Assembly (NCBI GenBank): GCA_965230295.1 | Contig: OZ246001.1 | Coordinates: forward strand, 128,001-192,000 | Origin: Marinicella sp. | GTDB taxonomy: Bacteria > Pseudomonadota > Gammaproteobacteria > Xanthomonadales > Marinicellaceae | Reading direction: 5' to 3' | DNA length: 64,000 bases | Shown: positions 20,756-30,335 of the stretch, piece after piece | How positions within the stretch are numbered: position 1 is the first letter of the stretch | Layout: each line of letters begins with the position of its first letter | The notes under the pieces: generated by a model | Database searches by the model: none | What the model saw: only the letters and a program-made list of their open reading frames with translations | What the model was told of the DNA's origin: nothing | Made by a program: the position numbers and the translations under genes

Positions 20756-21932
20756 GGCTTTTCTCCTCTTGCATGGCTGCAATGAACGGTTCAAATAATT
20801 TCTTGGCCTCATGCGGACCAGGGCTGGCTTCCGGATGGCCTTGGAAGCCATAGGCATTTTGTAGCTTGTGGCTGATACCTTGAACACTGCCATCAAACAA
20901 TGAACGGTGTGTCACTTCTAAAACTTCAGGCATGTCTGTTTCGGCCACTGCAAAGTTATGGTTTTGACTGGTGATCATTACCGTTTTGTCCTGACAATTT
21001 TCTACCGGGTGATTGGCACCATGGTGACCAAATTTCATCTTCATGGTTTTGGCACCCAAAGCCAGAGCCATGATTTGGTGGCCCAGGCAAATGCCAAACA
21101 AAGGTATTTTATGTTCGAGGAAAGTCTGACAGGCTGCGACGGCATAATCACAAGCTGCTGGGTCTCCAGGTCCATTAGACAAAAAGACACCATCCGGTCG
21201 CATGGCCATCACTTCAGTGGCTGGAGTTTGTGCAGGTACCACAGTCAACTCACAACCCAGCCCTTTTAAAATACGTAAAATATTGCGTTTCACACCAAAG
21301 TCGTAGCAAACCACTTTATATCGATCATCATTCGGTTCCGGAAATTGGTTGTCAGTCAAATCAAAACAAGCTTGTTGCCATGAATAGGCCGTTTCACAGG
21401 TCACTTCCTTGGCCAGGTCTTTGCCTTCTAATCCCGGAAAATTTTTGGCCATTTCTATGGCTTTGCCTTCATCCAAGTCATCTCCACTCATGATACAACC
21501 ATTTAAGGATCCGTTGAGTCGCAGTAAATTGGTCAGTTCACGGGTATCCAGACCACTGATAGCAACCACATTTTGTGCCTTTAAATAGGCATCAAGTGTG
21601 CTTTCATTGCGCCAGTTACTGGCCACAATTGAGTTGTCCCTGATGATCAAACCTTTGGCATGAATCTTGTCAGACTCATTGTCTGCCTGATTGGTCCCGG
21701 TGTTACCAATGTGCGGGTAAGTCAAGGTGACCATTTGATCTGCGTAAGAAGGGTCAGAAAGAATTTCTTGATAACCCGTCATGGCAGTATTGAACACCAC
21801 CTCAGCTGTTGTATCACCGCGTGCACCCAAAGCGGTGCCATGAAATATGCTGCCATCTTCAAGTACCAAAATGGCAGGACTGCGATGACTGGAAGGAAAT
21901 AAAATTTGATTTAATTTTGACACTTTGCTCAA
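20748..21932 (-). CDS. carA: Carbamoyl-phosphate synthase small subunit
   Basis: [35 protein letters not shown]. Confidence 0.97.
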   Translation of the reverse strand: MSKVSKLNQILFPSSHRSPAILVLEDGSIFHGTALGARGDTTAEVVFNTAMTGYQEILSDPSYADQMVTLTYPHIGNTGTNQADNESDKIHAKGLIIRDNSIVASNWRNESTLDAYLKAQNVVAISGLDTRELTNLLRLNGSLNGCIMSGDDLDEGKAIEMAKNFPGLEGKDLAKEVTCETAYSWQQACFDLTDNQFPEPNDDRYKVVCYDFGVKRNILRILKGLGCELTVVPAQTPATEVMAMRPDGVFLSNGPGDPAACDYAVAACQTFLEHKIPLFGICLGHQIMALALGAKTMKMKFGHHGANHPVENCQDKTVMITSQNHNFAVAETDMPEVLEVTHRSLFDGSVQGISHKLQNAYGFQGHPEASPGPHEAKKLFEPFIAAMQEEKSRG

Positions 21933-21943
21933 CTCTTAAAGGC

Positions 21944-21975
21944 GTAAAAAAAGCTGGCGTGAACCAACTTTTTAC
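21944..21975 (-). terminator. Intrinsic terminator in the carA 5' leader (candidate attenuator)
   Basis: Minus strand AAAAAGUUGG-UUCACG-CCAGCUUUUUUU ends about 12 nt before the carA TTG. No co-directional gene lies upstream. Confidence 0.6.
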
Positions 21976-22138
21976 TGTTATCGAATTGAAAGCGAATTTT
22001 AACTCAATAATCGCAGAAACACCACAAAGTATGGTTGTTTTTTTCACCCATATTCGCCAGGCCGTCCGGCAATCAAAAATATACACACTTTTTACTTATG
22101 GTCATGATTTAAATTCATCACTCCACTATAATGTTCTG

Positions 22139-23272
22139 ATGCGAATCCATTTGGCCATTTACCATCCACAACATGCGGGCATTTTGAGTGCTGCCATTGA
22201 GTTAAAGGCAGAAAAAGTCATCCTGCTTCACCGCAAAGAAGACGAAATCAGCGGTCTGAAGTCAGCCATTCAATCCAGGGGCATCCATTGTCAAACTCAG
22301 ATCGCCACATTTGACACCCAATTGGCCAGAGAACAAATGGCGGACATTGTGGAAAAGAATCAGCAGGAAGAAATTGCATTCAACGCATCCAGCGGTTACA
22401 ACAAGCTCACTTTACTTGGATTTGAACAGTTCACCGCCTATGGCTACCCGGTATTCCTGGTTGATAAATTCACCGATGAATTGTATTGGTTAAACACCAA
22501 ACAGACTCAAGATGACATCAAAATGGGTCACCACATCAAACTTAAGGAGTACCTTAAGTCCTTCAACACACAAGTGCTAGAACAAGGACAAACCACACCT
22601 GAACCTGAAAACTCGCGAGAATTAACCGGCTGGATCATTTCACAGTTGGGTAAAATGGATAAGTCCATTGCCAGTTTAAACTACATGGCGACCAATGCTG
22701 ATGCCAATCACCGTTACCAACTGAATCATAAAGACTTACAAAACCACCAACTTCAGGTATTATTAGACCGCTTTGAAGCCGCTGGCAAATTAACTGTACG
22801 GGGTCGAAAACTTAAATTCGCTGACAACGAAAGCCGTTTCTACTGCAATGGAGGCTGGTTGGAAAATCATGTCTTTGCTTTGTTGTATGGGATGCGTAAA
22901 AATCGACCACAATTGGCAGACTTGGCCAAAGGCATGACCATTGTAAGAAACCAAGGTAAAGTAAAAAACGAATTGGATGTGGCAGCCATTTGTCACAATC
23001 GACTGCACATCATAGAATGCAAGACACGAAGGTTCAGTCAGAGCAAAGCCGATAAAGCCGCGGCCAATTCAGCCATTTACCGACTTGATACCATCAAATC
23101 AATAACGGGTGGTTTATCAGCACGTGCCATGCTCATCAGCTACCAAACACTGAATAAATACACCATGTCCAGAGCCAAAGACCTGGGCATTTACTGTTGT
23201 TCTCATACCCAGTTGAAGCAACTAGAACAGCACTTATATCAATTCATTGATCAAAACACAGGTAACCAATAA
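22139..23272 (+). CDS. DUF1887 (Card1/Can2/VC1899-like) CARF domain plus restriction-endonuclease-like nuclease
   Basis: N-terminal Rossmann-like CARF (MRIHLAIY...KVILLH...FNASSG) and C-terminal GGWLE...NELDVAAICHNRLHIIECKT nuclease motif. Start reassigned to ATG 22139; the upstream ORF extension overlaps carA. Confidence 0.8.
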   Translation: MRIHLAIYHPQHAGILSAAIELKAEKVILLHRKEDEISGLKSAIQSRGIHCQTQIATFDTQLAREQMADIVEKNQQEEIAFNASSGYNKLTLLGFEQFTAYGYPVFLVDKFTDELYWLNTKQTQDDIKMGHHIKLKEYLKSFNTQVLEQGQTTPEPENSRELTGWIISQLGKMDKSIASLNYMATNADANHRYQLNHKDLQNHQLQVLLDRFEAAGKLTVRGRKLKFADNESRFYCNGGWLENHVFALLYGMRKNRPQLADLAKGMTIVRNQGKVKNELDVAAICHNRLHIIECKTRRFSQSKADKAAANSAIYRLDTIKSITGGLSARAMLISYQTLNKYTMSRAKDLGIYCCSHTQLKQLEQHLYQFIDQNTGNQ

Positions 23273-23275
23273 AAC

Positions 23276-24301
23276 ATGAACTTCAGAAGTGACAACGAAG
23301 CACCGGTCAACCCAAAAATCATGCAAGCCATCATCGCTGCCAACAATGGATTTGAAGAATCTTATGGCTATGACTCATACAGTGACAAATTCACTTCACA
23401 ATGTCATGAGTTATTTGAAAGCTGGTGTGAAGTGCTGCCCTTATCCACGGGTACAGCGGCCAACTCCATCGCCATGACTTTGGCTTGTCCTCCTTACGGG
23501 TCAATCCTGTGTCACGAACATTCACACCTCAATGCAGATGAATGTGGTGCTCCTGAATTTTTTACTGCTGGGGCTAAATTAATTCCGATGCCGGGAGATC
23601 ACGGTAAAATTGATCTGGCCTATTTAGATCAGTATTTGGCCGGCACAGGTACCCATGGAGAGCATGAGAGCTTACCCAGCGTCATCAGCATCACCCAATG
23701 CACCGAATCAGGCACTGTTTATACATTGGATGATTTGAATAAGTTAAAGGCCATCAAAGAAAAATACCACTTAGCCCTGCACATGGATGGTGCAAGATTT
23801 GCCAATGCAGTGAGCTCACTTGAATGCTCACCCGCTGAAATGACCTGGCAATCCGGCGTGGATATGTTGTCTTTTGGAGCCACTAAAAATGGCGCCATGA
23901 TGGCTGAAGCCTTATTGGTTTTTAACCCCAAGATGACACAACAAATTAAACGCCTGCGCAAAAGATCCGGCCACTTGATCAGTAAAATGCGTTACCTCAG
24001 CGCTCAATTGTGCTGTTATGTTGAAGATGACTTGTGGCTCGAATTGGCCTCTCACGCCAACCAGATGGCCCAACAATTTTACCAAGACACAAAAAACACC
24101 ATTGAATTCATTCATCCGGTTGAGGCCAACGAAGCCTTTTGCCGACTACCAGTAACTGTGATTAACTCTTTACAACAAGCAGGATTTGAATTTCACATTT
24201 GGCCAGGCTCAGATGATGTCATCCGATTGGTTTTTTCCCACGCCACTGAAGCCAATCAAGTCAGCCAGTTGACTGATGCCATCAATGAAAACATGAGATA
24301 A
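23276..24301 (+). CDS. ltaE: Low-specificity L-threonine aldolase
   Basis: MNFRSDN, GTAAN, HMDGARFANA, SFGATKNG (PLP Lys). Confidence 0.9.
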   Translation: MNFRSDNEAPVNPKIMQAIIAANNGFEESYGYDSYSDKFTSQCHELFESWCEVLPLSTGTAANSIAMTLACPPYGSILCHEHSHLNADECGAPEFFTAGAKLIPMPGDHGKIDLAYLDQYLAGTGTHGEHESLPSVISITQCTESGTVYTLDDLNKLKAIKEKYHLALHMDGARFANAVSSLECSPAEMTWQSGVDMLSFGATKNGAMMAEALLVFNPKMTQQIKRLRKRSGHLISKMRYLSAQLCCYVEDDLWLELASHANQMAQQFYQDTKNTIEFIHPVEANEAFCRLPVTVINSLQQAGFEFHIWPGSDDVIRLVFSHATEANQVSQLTDAINENMR

Positions 24302-24322
24302 AATTGTTAATAAATCGATCTG

Positions 24323-26512
24323 TTAATTGGTCACCAGTTGATAGAAATCATAAAACTTCATGGCGGTCTTGAAATAATAACCCTGAACCTGGTCGCAGCG
24401 CTCTTCTCTCAGTAACTGCAGTTGGGCTTCATTTTCTACGCCTTCTGCAACTGTGACGATGTTTAAGTTCTGGCCCATGGTGATCATGGTCCTGACCAAT
24501 TCCAAATCATCGTTATCCGAATCAATGTCATGAATGAATGATTGATCAATTTTCAAAACATCAACCGGAAAGTTTTTCAAATAAGATAAGGATGAATAAC
24601 CAGTCCCAAAATCATCAATGGCAATGGCAATCCCCATTTTGGTAATTTCACTCAAGATGTACTGGCTGTTTTCAACGTTTTGGATCAAAGTTTGTTCTGT
24701 CAGTTCAAGCTCAAGGTTTTGAGGTGGGAATTGAGTCTCAGTCAAAATGGATTTTAATTTTGTTAAAAATTCCGGGTGCTCAAGTTGTCTGGCTGAGACA
24801 TTGAATGACATGAACAAATCAGCATTGTGTTCGAGTAATTTAACAAACTGCTTACAACTGTGGGTGAGCATTTTCCATGAAATAGGTATGATCAATGAAG
24901 TTTCTTCAAGCAAATCTATGAAGGCAGAAGGCTCCACCAGTTCATTACTACTGCGGTTCCACCGAATCAAAGCCTCGGCACCACTGATTGTGTTTTCAGC
25001 CAAGTTATAGCGTGGTTGAAAATACATTTCGAATTCATTGTTGTCTTTAGCCAAATGCAAACGGGCAATCAACTGAATTCGGTCTTTGGCTTTTTGTTCA
25101 ATTTCAGAATCATAAATGGCAAAGGTGTTACGACCTTCGTCCTTGGCTCGATACAAAGCTGCATCTGCATGTGACAATAATTCTGTCACATTGGATCCAT
25201 GCTGAGGATAAAAAGCCACACCTACACTGCCGGTCAGCCTAATCAGGTGTTCATCAATTTGGATGGGGTATTCCAATGACTTCAAAAACCTTTTAACTAA
25301 ATTCACCACATGCTCAATGGCCATTTCTCCTGGTAGGTAGACCACGAATTCATCTCCACCCATGCGTGCAATCACATCATCATGACGAAATACCCGGTTG
25401 AACAAGATGGGTAACTTCTTCAACATCTCATCACCAACAGCGTGTCCCAAAGTGTCATTGATGTCTTTAAAATGATCCAGGTCTATGAACAGGATGGTGA
25501 ATTTTTGTTGGCTGTTTTTAGAAAACTTGACCCTTTTTTCTATGAAGTTGGTGATGTAATGGCGGTTGGGCAGATGCGTCAAGGTGTCATGATTCGCCAA
25601 ATATTCGAGTTCGAATTGGACTTTTTCTTTTTCACTGATTTCATTGGCCAATTTAGCCGTTTGGTTTTTGGCTTTCTGTTTTGATAACAAGGTCAACATA
25701 AACAACAAAGCAATGATGGCACCAGCAACCGCTATGAAATAAGGCATGGGTGATACGATCAACGCCAAAGAAGCTTCTGTTGGGTAAACTTTAAATATCC
25801 AGCCATTGTTATCGCTGTCTAAATTGAGCTCAAAATATTCCAGATAGGTATTGTCCTCTAACTTTGGGCCATTTAAAAACACCACATCAGTTTCAGAATA
25901 GGCTTTGGTGTAATACCCTGTTGAAATCGGATCACCCAATAAACTATTGATGAATTCCTTAACATGAACTTCGATACCTAAGAAACCATCGTATTGATCA
26001 CCTGTACCGATGGGCTGGAAAATAAACACCACATTTTCTTCATCCAACTTATAGGTCTTGGAAATTTCAGGCTGGTGGGTGTCCCTGGCGGCGATGAGTT
26101 TCAATAACACGTCATTGTCTTTGACAATCTCGGCACCCAGGTTGTGGTGCATCTCATGATTCGACTCAGACCATTGAGTTTGAAAGTCCTTATCCAGCCA
26201 CCAGATTGAATCCACACCTTCAATTCTGGTGATGAAATCTGAGGCATCAGCTCGCCAATTACTTTCTTCCGTTCTGTTGTTGTTAACCCAACGTTCACTC
26301 ATGGCATTCAAATCGGCCAGTAAACTTTGGGTACTTTGCATGATTTTAGCTTCTGTGCGGTTGGCTTGACCCTTGAGGATTTGATTCAAAACATCAATCT
26401 GGGAATAATGCACATAAAATGCAATCGCCATCGACAAACCAAATAACACCAATGAGATAAAGGCCGTTCCAAATTTCGACTGCTGTGGAAGTTGTTGATT
26501 GTGTTCCGTCAA
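24323..26512 (-). CDS. Membrane-bound GGDEF-EAL c-di-GMP enzyme with a periplasmic CHASE/Cache-like sensor
   Basis: Two TM helices flank a sensor domain. RHDD-x5-GGDEF (I-site plus active site), EAL and DDFGTGYSS are all intact. Confidence 0.9.
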   Translation of the reverse strand: MTEHNQQLPQQSKFGTAFISLVLFGLSMAIAFYVHYSQIDVLNQILKGQANRTEAKIMQSTQSLLADLNAMSERWVNNNRTEESNWRADASDFITRIEGVDSIWWLDKDFQTQWSESNHEMHHNLGAEIVKDNDVLLKLIAARDTHQPEISKTYKLDEENVVFIFQPIGTGDQYDGFLGIEVHVKEFINSLLGDPISTGYYTKAYSETDVVFLNGPKLEDNTYLEYFELNLDSDNNGWIFKVYPTEASLALIVSPMPYFIAVAGAIIALLFMLTLLSKQKAKNQTAKLANEISEKEKVQFELEYLANHDTLTHLPNRHYITNFIEKRVKFSKNSQQKFTILFIDLDHFKDINDTLGHAVGDEMLKKLPILFNRVFRHDDVIARMGGDEFVVYLPGEMAIEHVVNLVKRFLKSLEYPIQIDEHLIRLTGSVGVAFYPQHGSNVTELLSHADAALYRAKDEGRNTFAIYDSEIEQKAKDRIQLIARLHLAKDNNEFEMYFQPRYNLAENTISGAEALIRWNRSSNELVEPSAFIDLLEETSLIIPISWKMLTHSCKQFVKLLEHNADLFMSFNVSARQLEHPEFLTKLKSILTETQFPPQNLELELTEQTLIQNVENSQYILSEITKMGIAIAIDDFGTGYSSLSYLKNFPVDVLKIDQSFIHDIDSDNDDLELVRTMITMGQNLNIVTVAEGVENEAQLQLLREERCDQVQGYYFKTAMKFYDFYQLVTN

Positions 26513-26585
26513 ATACGCACCTTGATTAATTCCGCGGATAAAAGCTTAGCATGTAGGTACTGACAAAACAAATGATTTAAAATCC

Positions 26586-28469
26586 TCACAAAACTGCCAA
26601 ATCACCTTTGTCTTGCAACCAGGACTTGCGCTCGGAAGCACGTTTTTTTGCCAGCAACATATCCATGATGCCATGCGTGTTGTCTCCTGCAGACACTGAC
26701 AATTGTAACAACCTGCGTGTATCAGGTGCGATGGCACTTTCACGCAGTTGTGCCGGATTCATTTCACCCAGCCCTTTAAAACGAGTCACACTGACCTTTC
26801 CTGTCATCTTTTCTCGTTCAATTTTATGCAATATTTGATCACGCTCACTCTGATCGACGGCATAGAACTTCTTCTTACCCACATCTATCCTGAATAACGG
26901 CGGCATCGCCACGAAAATATGACCTGCCCGAACAACCGGCTCAAAATGACGTAAGAATAAAGCACACAACAGGGTAGCAATGTGTAATCCATCTGAGTCG
27001 GCATCTGCCAATATGATGATTTTGCCATAACGCAATCCAGCCAAATCAGTGCTTCCCGGGTCGACACCAATGGCCACTGCCAAATCATGTACTTCTTGTG
27101 ATGCCATGACTTGAGTCGACTCAACTTCCCATGAATTCAGGATTTTACCACGCAAAGGCATGATGGCTTGAAATTCACGGTCTCTGGCTTGCTTGGCCGA
27201 ACCACCTGCTGAATCCCCTTCCACCAAAAATATTTCTCCTTGCATGGGATCCTGAGAGCTGCAATCGGCCAGCTTACCTGGCAAAGCAGGGCCAGTGGTG
27301 ACTTTTTTTCGCACCACTTGTTTCGCTTTACGTAATCTGTTTTGGGCATTGTTGATGGCTATCATGGCAATCTGCTCAGCCTCTTCAACATTTTGGTTGA
27401 GCCACAGAATCAGCGCATCTTTGATGGTGTTTGCCACATAAGACGCTATTGATCTGGATGACAGCCTTTCTTTGGTTTGTCCAGAAAACTGAGGGTCCTT
27501 CATTTTTGCTGACAACACATAGCTGACCCGGTCCCAGACATCATCAGGTGCCAGTTTTAATCCCCGTGGTAATAAATTATGCGCATCAGCATATTCCCTG
27601 ATGGCTTCCGTCAAACCGGTTCTGAGACCATTGACATGTGTTCCACCTTGTGCGGTCGGGATCAGGTTGACATAACTTTCGGTCACCAGCTCCCCTTGTG
27701 GAATCCAGGTCAAGGCCCAATCAACCGCAAATTCTTCATCATGTTGAGCACCGATAAAACCGGATTCAGGAATCATAACCTCGGCTTCTATTTCATCAAT
27801 CAGGTACTCTTGCAGACCATCTTGAAATTGCCAGGATTCTGAGCTGTTATCCAAGTTGTTCTTAAAGTTTACAGCCAAACCTGAACACAGCACTGCTTTG
27901 GCTTTTAGCAGGTGTTTTAGTTTCTTAACCCCAACTTTTACAGTATCAAAATATTCAGCAGCGGGTGTAAACTGAACTCGAGTTCCTGTGTTTTTTTGCC
28001 CCACTTGACCAACCACTTTTAATTCCGAAACTTTTTCACCATGCTCGAAGGCAATGTGGTGCTCCTTGCCATCACGTTTGATCCAAACGTCCAATCGCTC
28101 ACTCAAGGCATTCACGACTGAGACACCCACCCCATGTAACCCACCTGAGAAAGTGTAATTTTTATTAGAAAATTTTCCGCCTGCATGTAATTTGGCCAAA
28201 ATGAGTTCAACCCCGGAAACACCATGTTCTTCATGAATGTCAACGGGCATACCACGCCCGTTGTCAGAGACCTCAATGCTGCCATCATCATGTAAGGTCA
28301 CATTGATTTTATTGGCATGGCCCTCCAACGCTTCATCCACCGAATTATCCACAACTTCCTGAATCAAGTGATTGGGTCGTGAGGTTTCTGTGTACATCCC
28401 GGGTCTGCGTTTGACCGGATCTAAACCTGATAGAACTTCAATGTCTGAAGATTGATAAGTTTTTGTCAT
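26586..28469 (-). CDS. parE: DNA topoisomerase IV subunit B
   Basis: GLDPVKRRPGMY, EVVDNSVDE, SGGLHGVG, VEGDSAGGSAKQ, DADSDGLHI, RFKGLGEM; no GyrB insertion. Confidence 0.96.
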   Translation of the reverse strand: MTKTYQSSDIEVLSGLDPVKRRPGMYTETSRPNHLIQEVVDNSVDEALEGHANKINVTLHDDGSIEVSDNGRGMPVDIHEEHGVSGVELILAKLHAGGKFSNKNYTFSGGLHGVGVSVVNALSERLDVWIKRDGKEHHIAFEHGEKVSELKVVGQVGQKNTGTRVQFTPAAEYFDTVKVGVKKLKHLLKAKAVLCSGLAVNFKNNLDNSSESWQFQDGLQEYLIDEIEAEVMIPESGFIGAQHDEEFAVDWALTWIPQGELVTESYVNLIPTAQGGTHVNGLRTGLTEAIREYADAHNLLPRGLKLAPDDVWDRVSYVLSAKMKDPQFSGQTKERLSSRSIASYVANTIKDALILWLNQNVEEAEQIAMIAINNAQNRLRKAKQVVRKKVTTGPALPGKLADCSSQDPMQGEIFLVEGDSAGGSAKQARDREFQAIMPLRGKILNSWEVESTQVMASQEVHDLAVAIGVDPGSTDLAGLRYGKIIILADADSDGLHIATLLCALFLRHFEPVVRAGHIFVAMPPLFRIDVGKKKFYAVDQSERDQILHKIEREKMTGKVSVTRFKGLGEMNPAQLRESAIAPDTRRLLQLSVSAGDNTHGIMDMLLAKKRASERKSWLQDKGDLAVL

Positions 28470-28488
28470 CTTGAATTAATATATCCTG

Positions 28489-29037
28489 TTATTTCCACTT
28501 GATTGAACAGCCCATTGATGGAAACTGTTCACTGTGCACCGATCCTGTTGTGACCATTTCTCGCATGGCCTCAACCAAGTCTTGTCGGAGTTCATTGCTG
28601 TTGTCATTGATACCTGCTGCATTCAAACGACCACGGTATTGTATGATTCCTTGGGCATTCATGCCAAATATATCTGGGGTACAAACAGCACCATAGGCTT
28701 TGGCGACTGCCTGAGACTCATCAAATAAATATGGAAACGGGTAATCCAGTCGTCGGGCAATTTCCTGCATGTTTTCATAGGAATCTTCAGGATAATCTGA
28801 AGGGTCATTAGACATGACAGCCACCACATTCACCCCGAAATCAATCAAGGCCTTTGAGTCAATCACCAGTTGTTTCTGGATGGATTTCACATAAGGACAG
28901 TGGTTGCAAATGAACATCACCACCAAACCCTCTGGCCCCATGGCTTTGGTCATGTCCCAACGCTCACCATCTACCCCGAGCAAATCAAAATCCGGGGCTT
29001 TCACAAATTCAGATTTCGGTGTATATTTCAGTACCAT
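28489..29037 (-). CDS. Thioredoxin-fold AhpC/TSA family protein
   Basis: FICNHCPYV, YGAVCTPD, SMGCSIKWK. GGAGG RBS precedes ATG 29037. Confidence 0.88.
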   Translation of the reverse strand: MVLKYTPKSEFVKAPDFDLLGVDGERWDMTKAMGPEGLVVMFICNHCPYVKSIQKQLVIDSKALIDFGVNVVAVMSNDPSDYPEDSYENMQEIARRLDYPFPYLFDESQAVAKAYGAVCTPDIFGMNAQGIIQYRGRLNAAGINDNSNELRQDLVEAMREMVTTGSVHSEQFPSMGCSIKWK

Positions 29038-29863
29038 CATCCCCTCCTGTTTCATCCGTGCTGGCATCATCTGCCGCAAAAATTTCAGTATAAGCCTGGT
29101 ATTGAGCCCCTAGACCAATACCTCCTGCCGTAACGACAAAAAACAACACAATCACATTGACCACCAATGGACTGGCCGCTCCCATGATTGCTGCCACCAT
29201 TGATATCATTAAACTGGCAACCACCACAATCGCAAAAAACAACAACAAAAAGATCAATGTCATGGCCACAAAAGCCCGCCAGGCTCTGACCACACCCATT
29301 GCGCTGAATTTAATGGCAGAGATGGGTTTGGTTTGTTTGAAAATAATCAATGCCGGTGAAAATGCCAAAGCCATGGCCACAGGAATATTAGACAATAAAT
29401 TTAAACAGGCCCTGAACAATGACTCTTTACCTGACATGTTTCTTACCATTTCCTCGGTCAACACCAAAGGCAAATCATACAGCAAAAGAATTTGTTCTTG
29501 CAGGTAATTTAACAGCAGAGTCAACCCTGCAGTCAGCACCCCTAATACAATAAAAGCATTGAAATTTTCTATAACAGGTTGCCATAACTTGGCCAGATTA
29601 TATGCAGCTAAATTGTTGGCCTGTTGACAACATTTCATCATAAATGCAGACACCATGGGGGAGGCAAACACCATCATGATGGTCACAAAATTTGGTGATA
29701 CATTACCGATCAGAACCATCAATACACCGAGCATGATGCAAACAGAGTACCACTGCATTTTGACTTGCTTAAAATACATCACACCCGCATCAAACCAATT
29801 CTTTCCTGACTTCCAAGAAAATTCAGTGTGGGTAAATGGGGGTTTGTTATTATTTGGGTTCAT
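29009..29863 (-). CDS. Multi-pass membrane protein (BPSS1780-like)
   Basis: About 6 TM helices, a GxxW motif near the N-terminus, FSPALI and YQAYTEIF. Confidence 0.65.
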   Translation of the reverse strand: MNPNNNKPPFTHTEFSWKSGKNWFDAGVMYFKQVKMQWYSVCIMLGVLMVLIGNVSPNFVTIMMVFASPMVSAFMMKCCQQANNLAAYNLAKLWQPVIENFNAFIVLGVLTAGLTLLLNYLQEQILLLYDLPLVLTEEMVRNMSGKESLFRACLNLLSNIPVAMALAFSPALIIFKQTKPISAIKFSAMGVVRAWRAFVAMTLIFLLLFFAIVVVASLMISMVAAIMGAASPLVVNVIVLFFVVTAGGIGLGAQYQAYTEIFAADDASTDETGGDDGTEIYTEI

Positions 29864-29887
29864 TAAGCTTGGATGTCCTGTATGGGT

Positions 29888-30334
29888 TCATTCAGTGGTG
29901 GCAGAGGATAAACCCTTGATGGCAGCATCCACCGCATACCAACACAATGTGGCCGATTTGATTCTGGATGGAAATTTCTTCACCGTGACCAGCGTATTGA
30001 CTTGACCCAGTGATTCGAACGATTGGTTTTCAGCCTGTTTGTCCATCAGCTGCTTGAATTGTTCAAATGCCTGTTGCCATTCAGACACCGTTAATCCTGT
30101 AGACACTTCTGTCATCATAGATGCTGAAGCCATGGCAATGGCACAGCTTTCACCATCAAAATGAACAGCCATTAGCACACCATCATTGATGGTTAAATAC
30201 ACTTCTACCAAGTCACCACAAACCGCGTTCAAACCTTCCGCATGATGGGTCCACGATTCCGGTTTTCCAAAATTTCTGGGATTCCTGTTGTGTTCTAATA
30301 TGGCTTCTTTGTACAGCTTATTTAAATCTGACAT
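29888..30334 (-). CDS. sufU: SufU (NifU/IscU-like) sulfur-transfer protein
   Basis: LYKEAILEHNRNPRNFG, NAVCGD, SCAIAMASAS, FPSRIKSATLCW; follows sufS. Confidence 0.9.
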   Translation of the reverse strand: MSDLNKLYKEAILEHNRNPRNFGKPESWTHHAEGLNAVCGDLVEVYLTINDGVLMAVHFDGESCAIAMASASMMTEVSTGLTVSEWQQAFEQFKQLMDKQAENQSFESLGQVNTLVTVKKFPSRIKSATLCWYAVDAAIKGLSSATTE

Positions 30335-30335
30335 C

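Noticed and set aside
20756-20896. N-terminal extension of carB
   Set aside because: It lies inside carA; the conserved CarB N-terminus begins at GTG 20755.
21859-22086. Minus-strand 75-aa ORF as a carA leader peptide
   Set aside because: It starts upstream of the likely carA promoter, has no RBS and runs out of frame into carA.
21809-22138. 110-aa N-terminal extension of the CARF ORF in the track
   Set aside because: It overlaps carA on the opposite strand and the divergent promoter region. The family-like sequence and a TATAAT point to ATG 22139.
26586-28469. parE without adjacent parC
   Set aside because: Separation of parE and parC is common in gammaproteobacteria.
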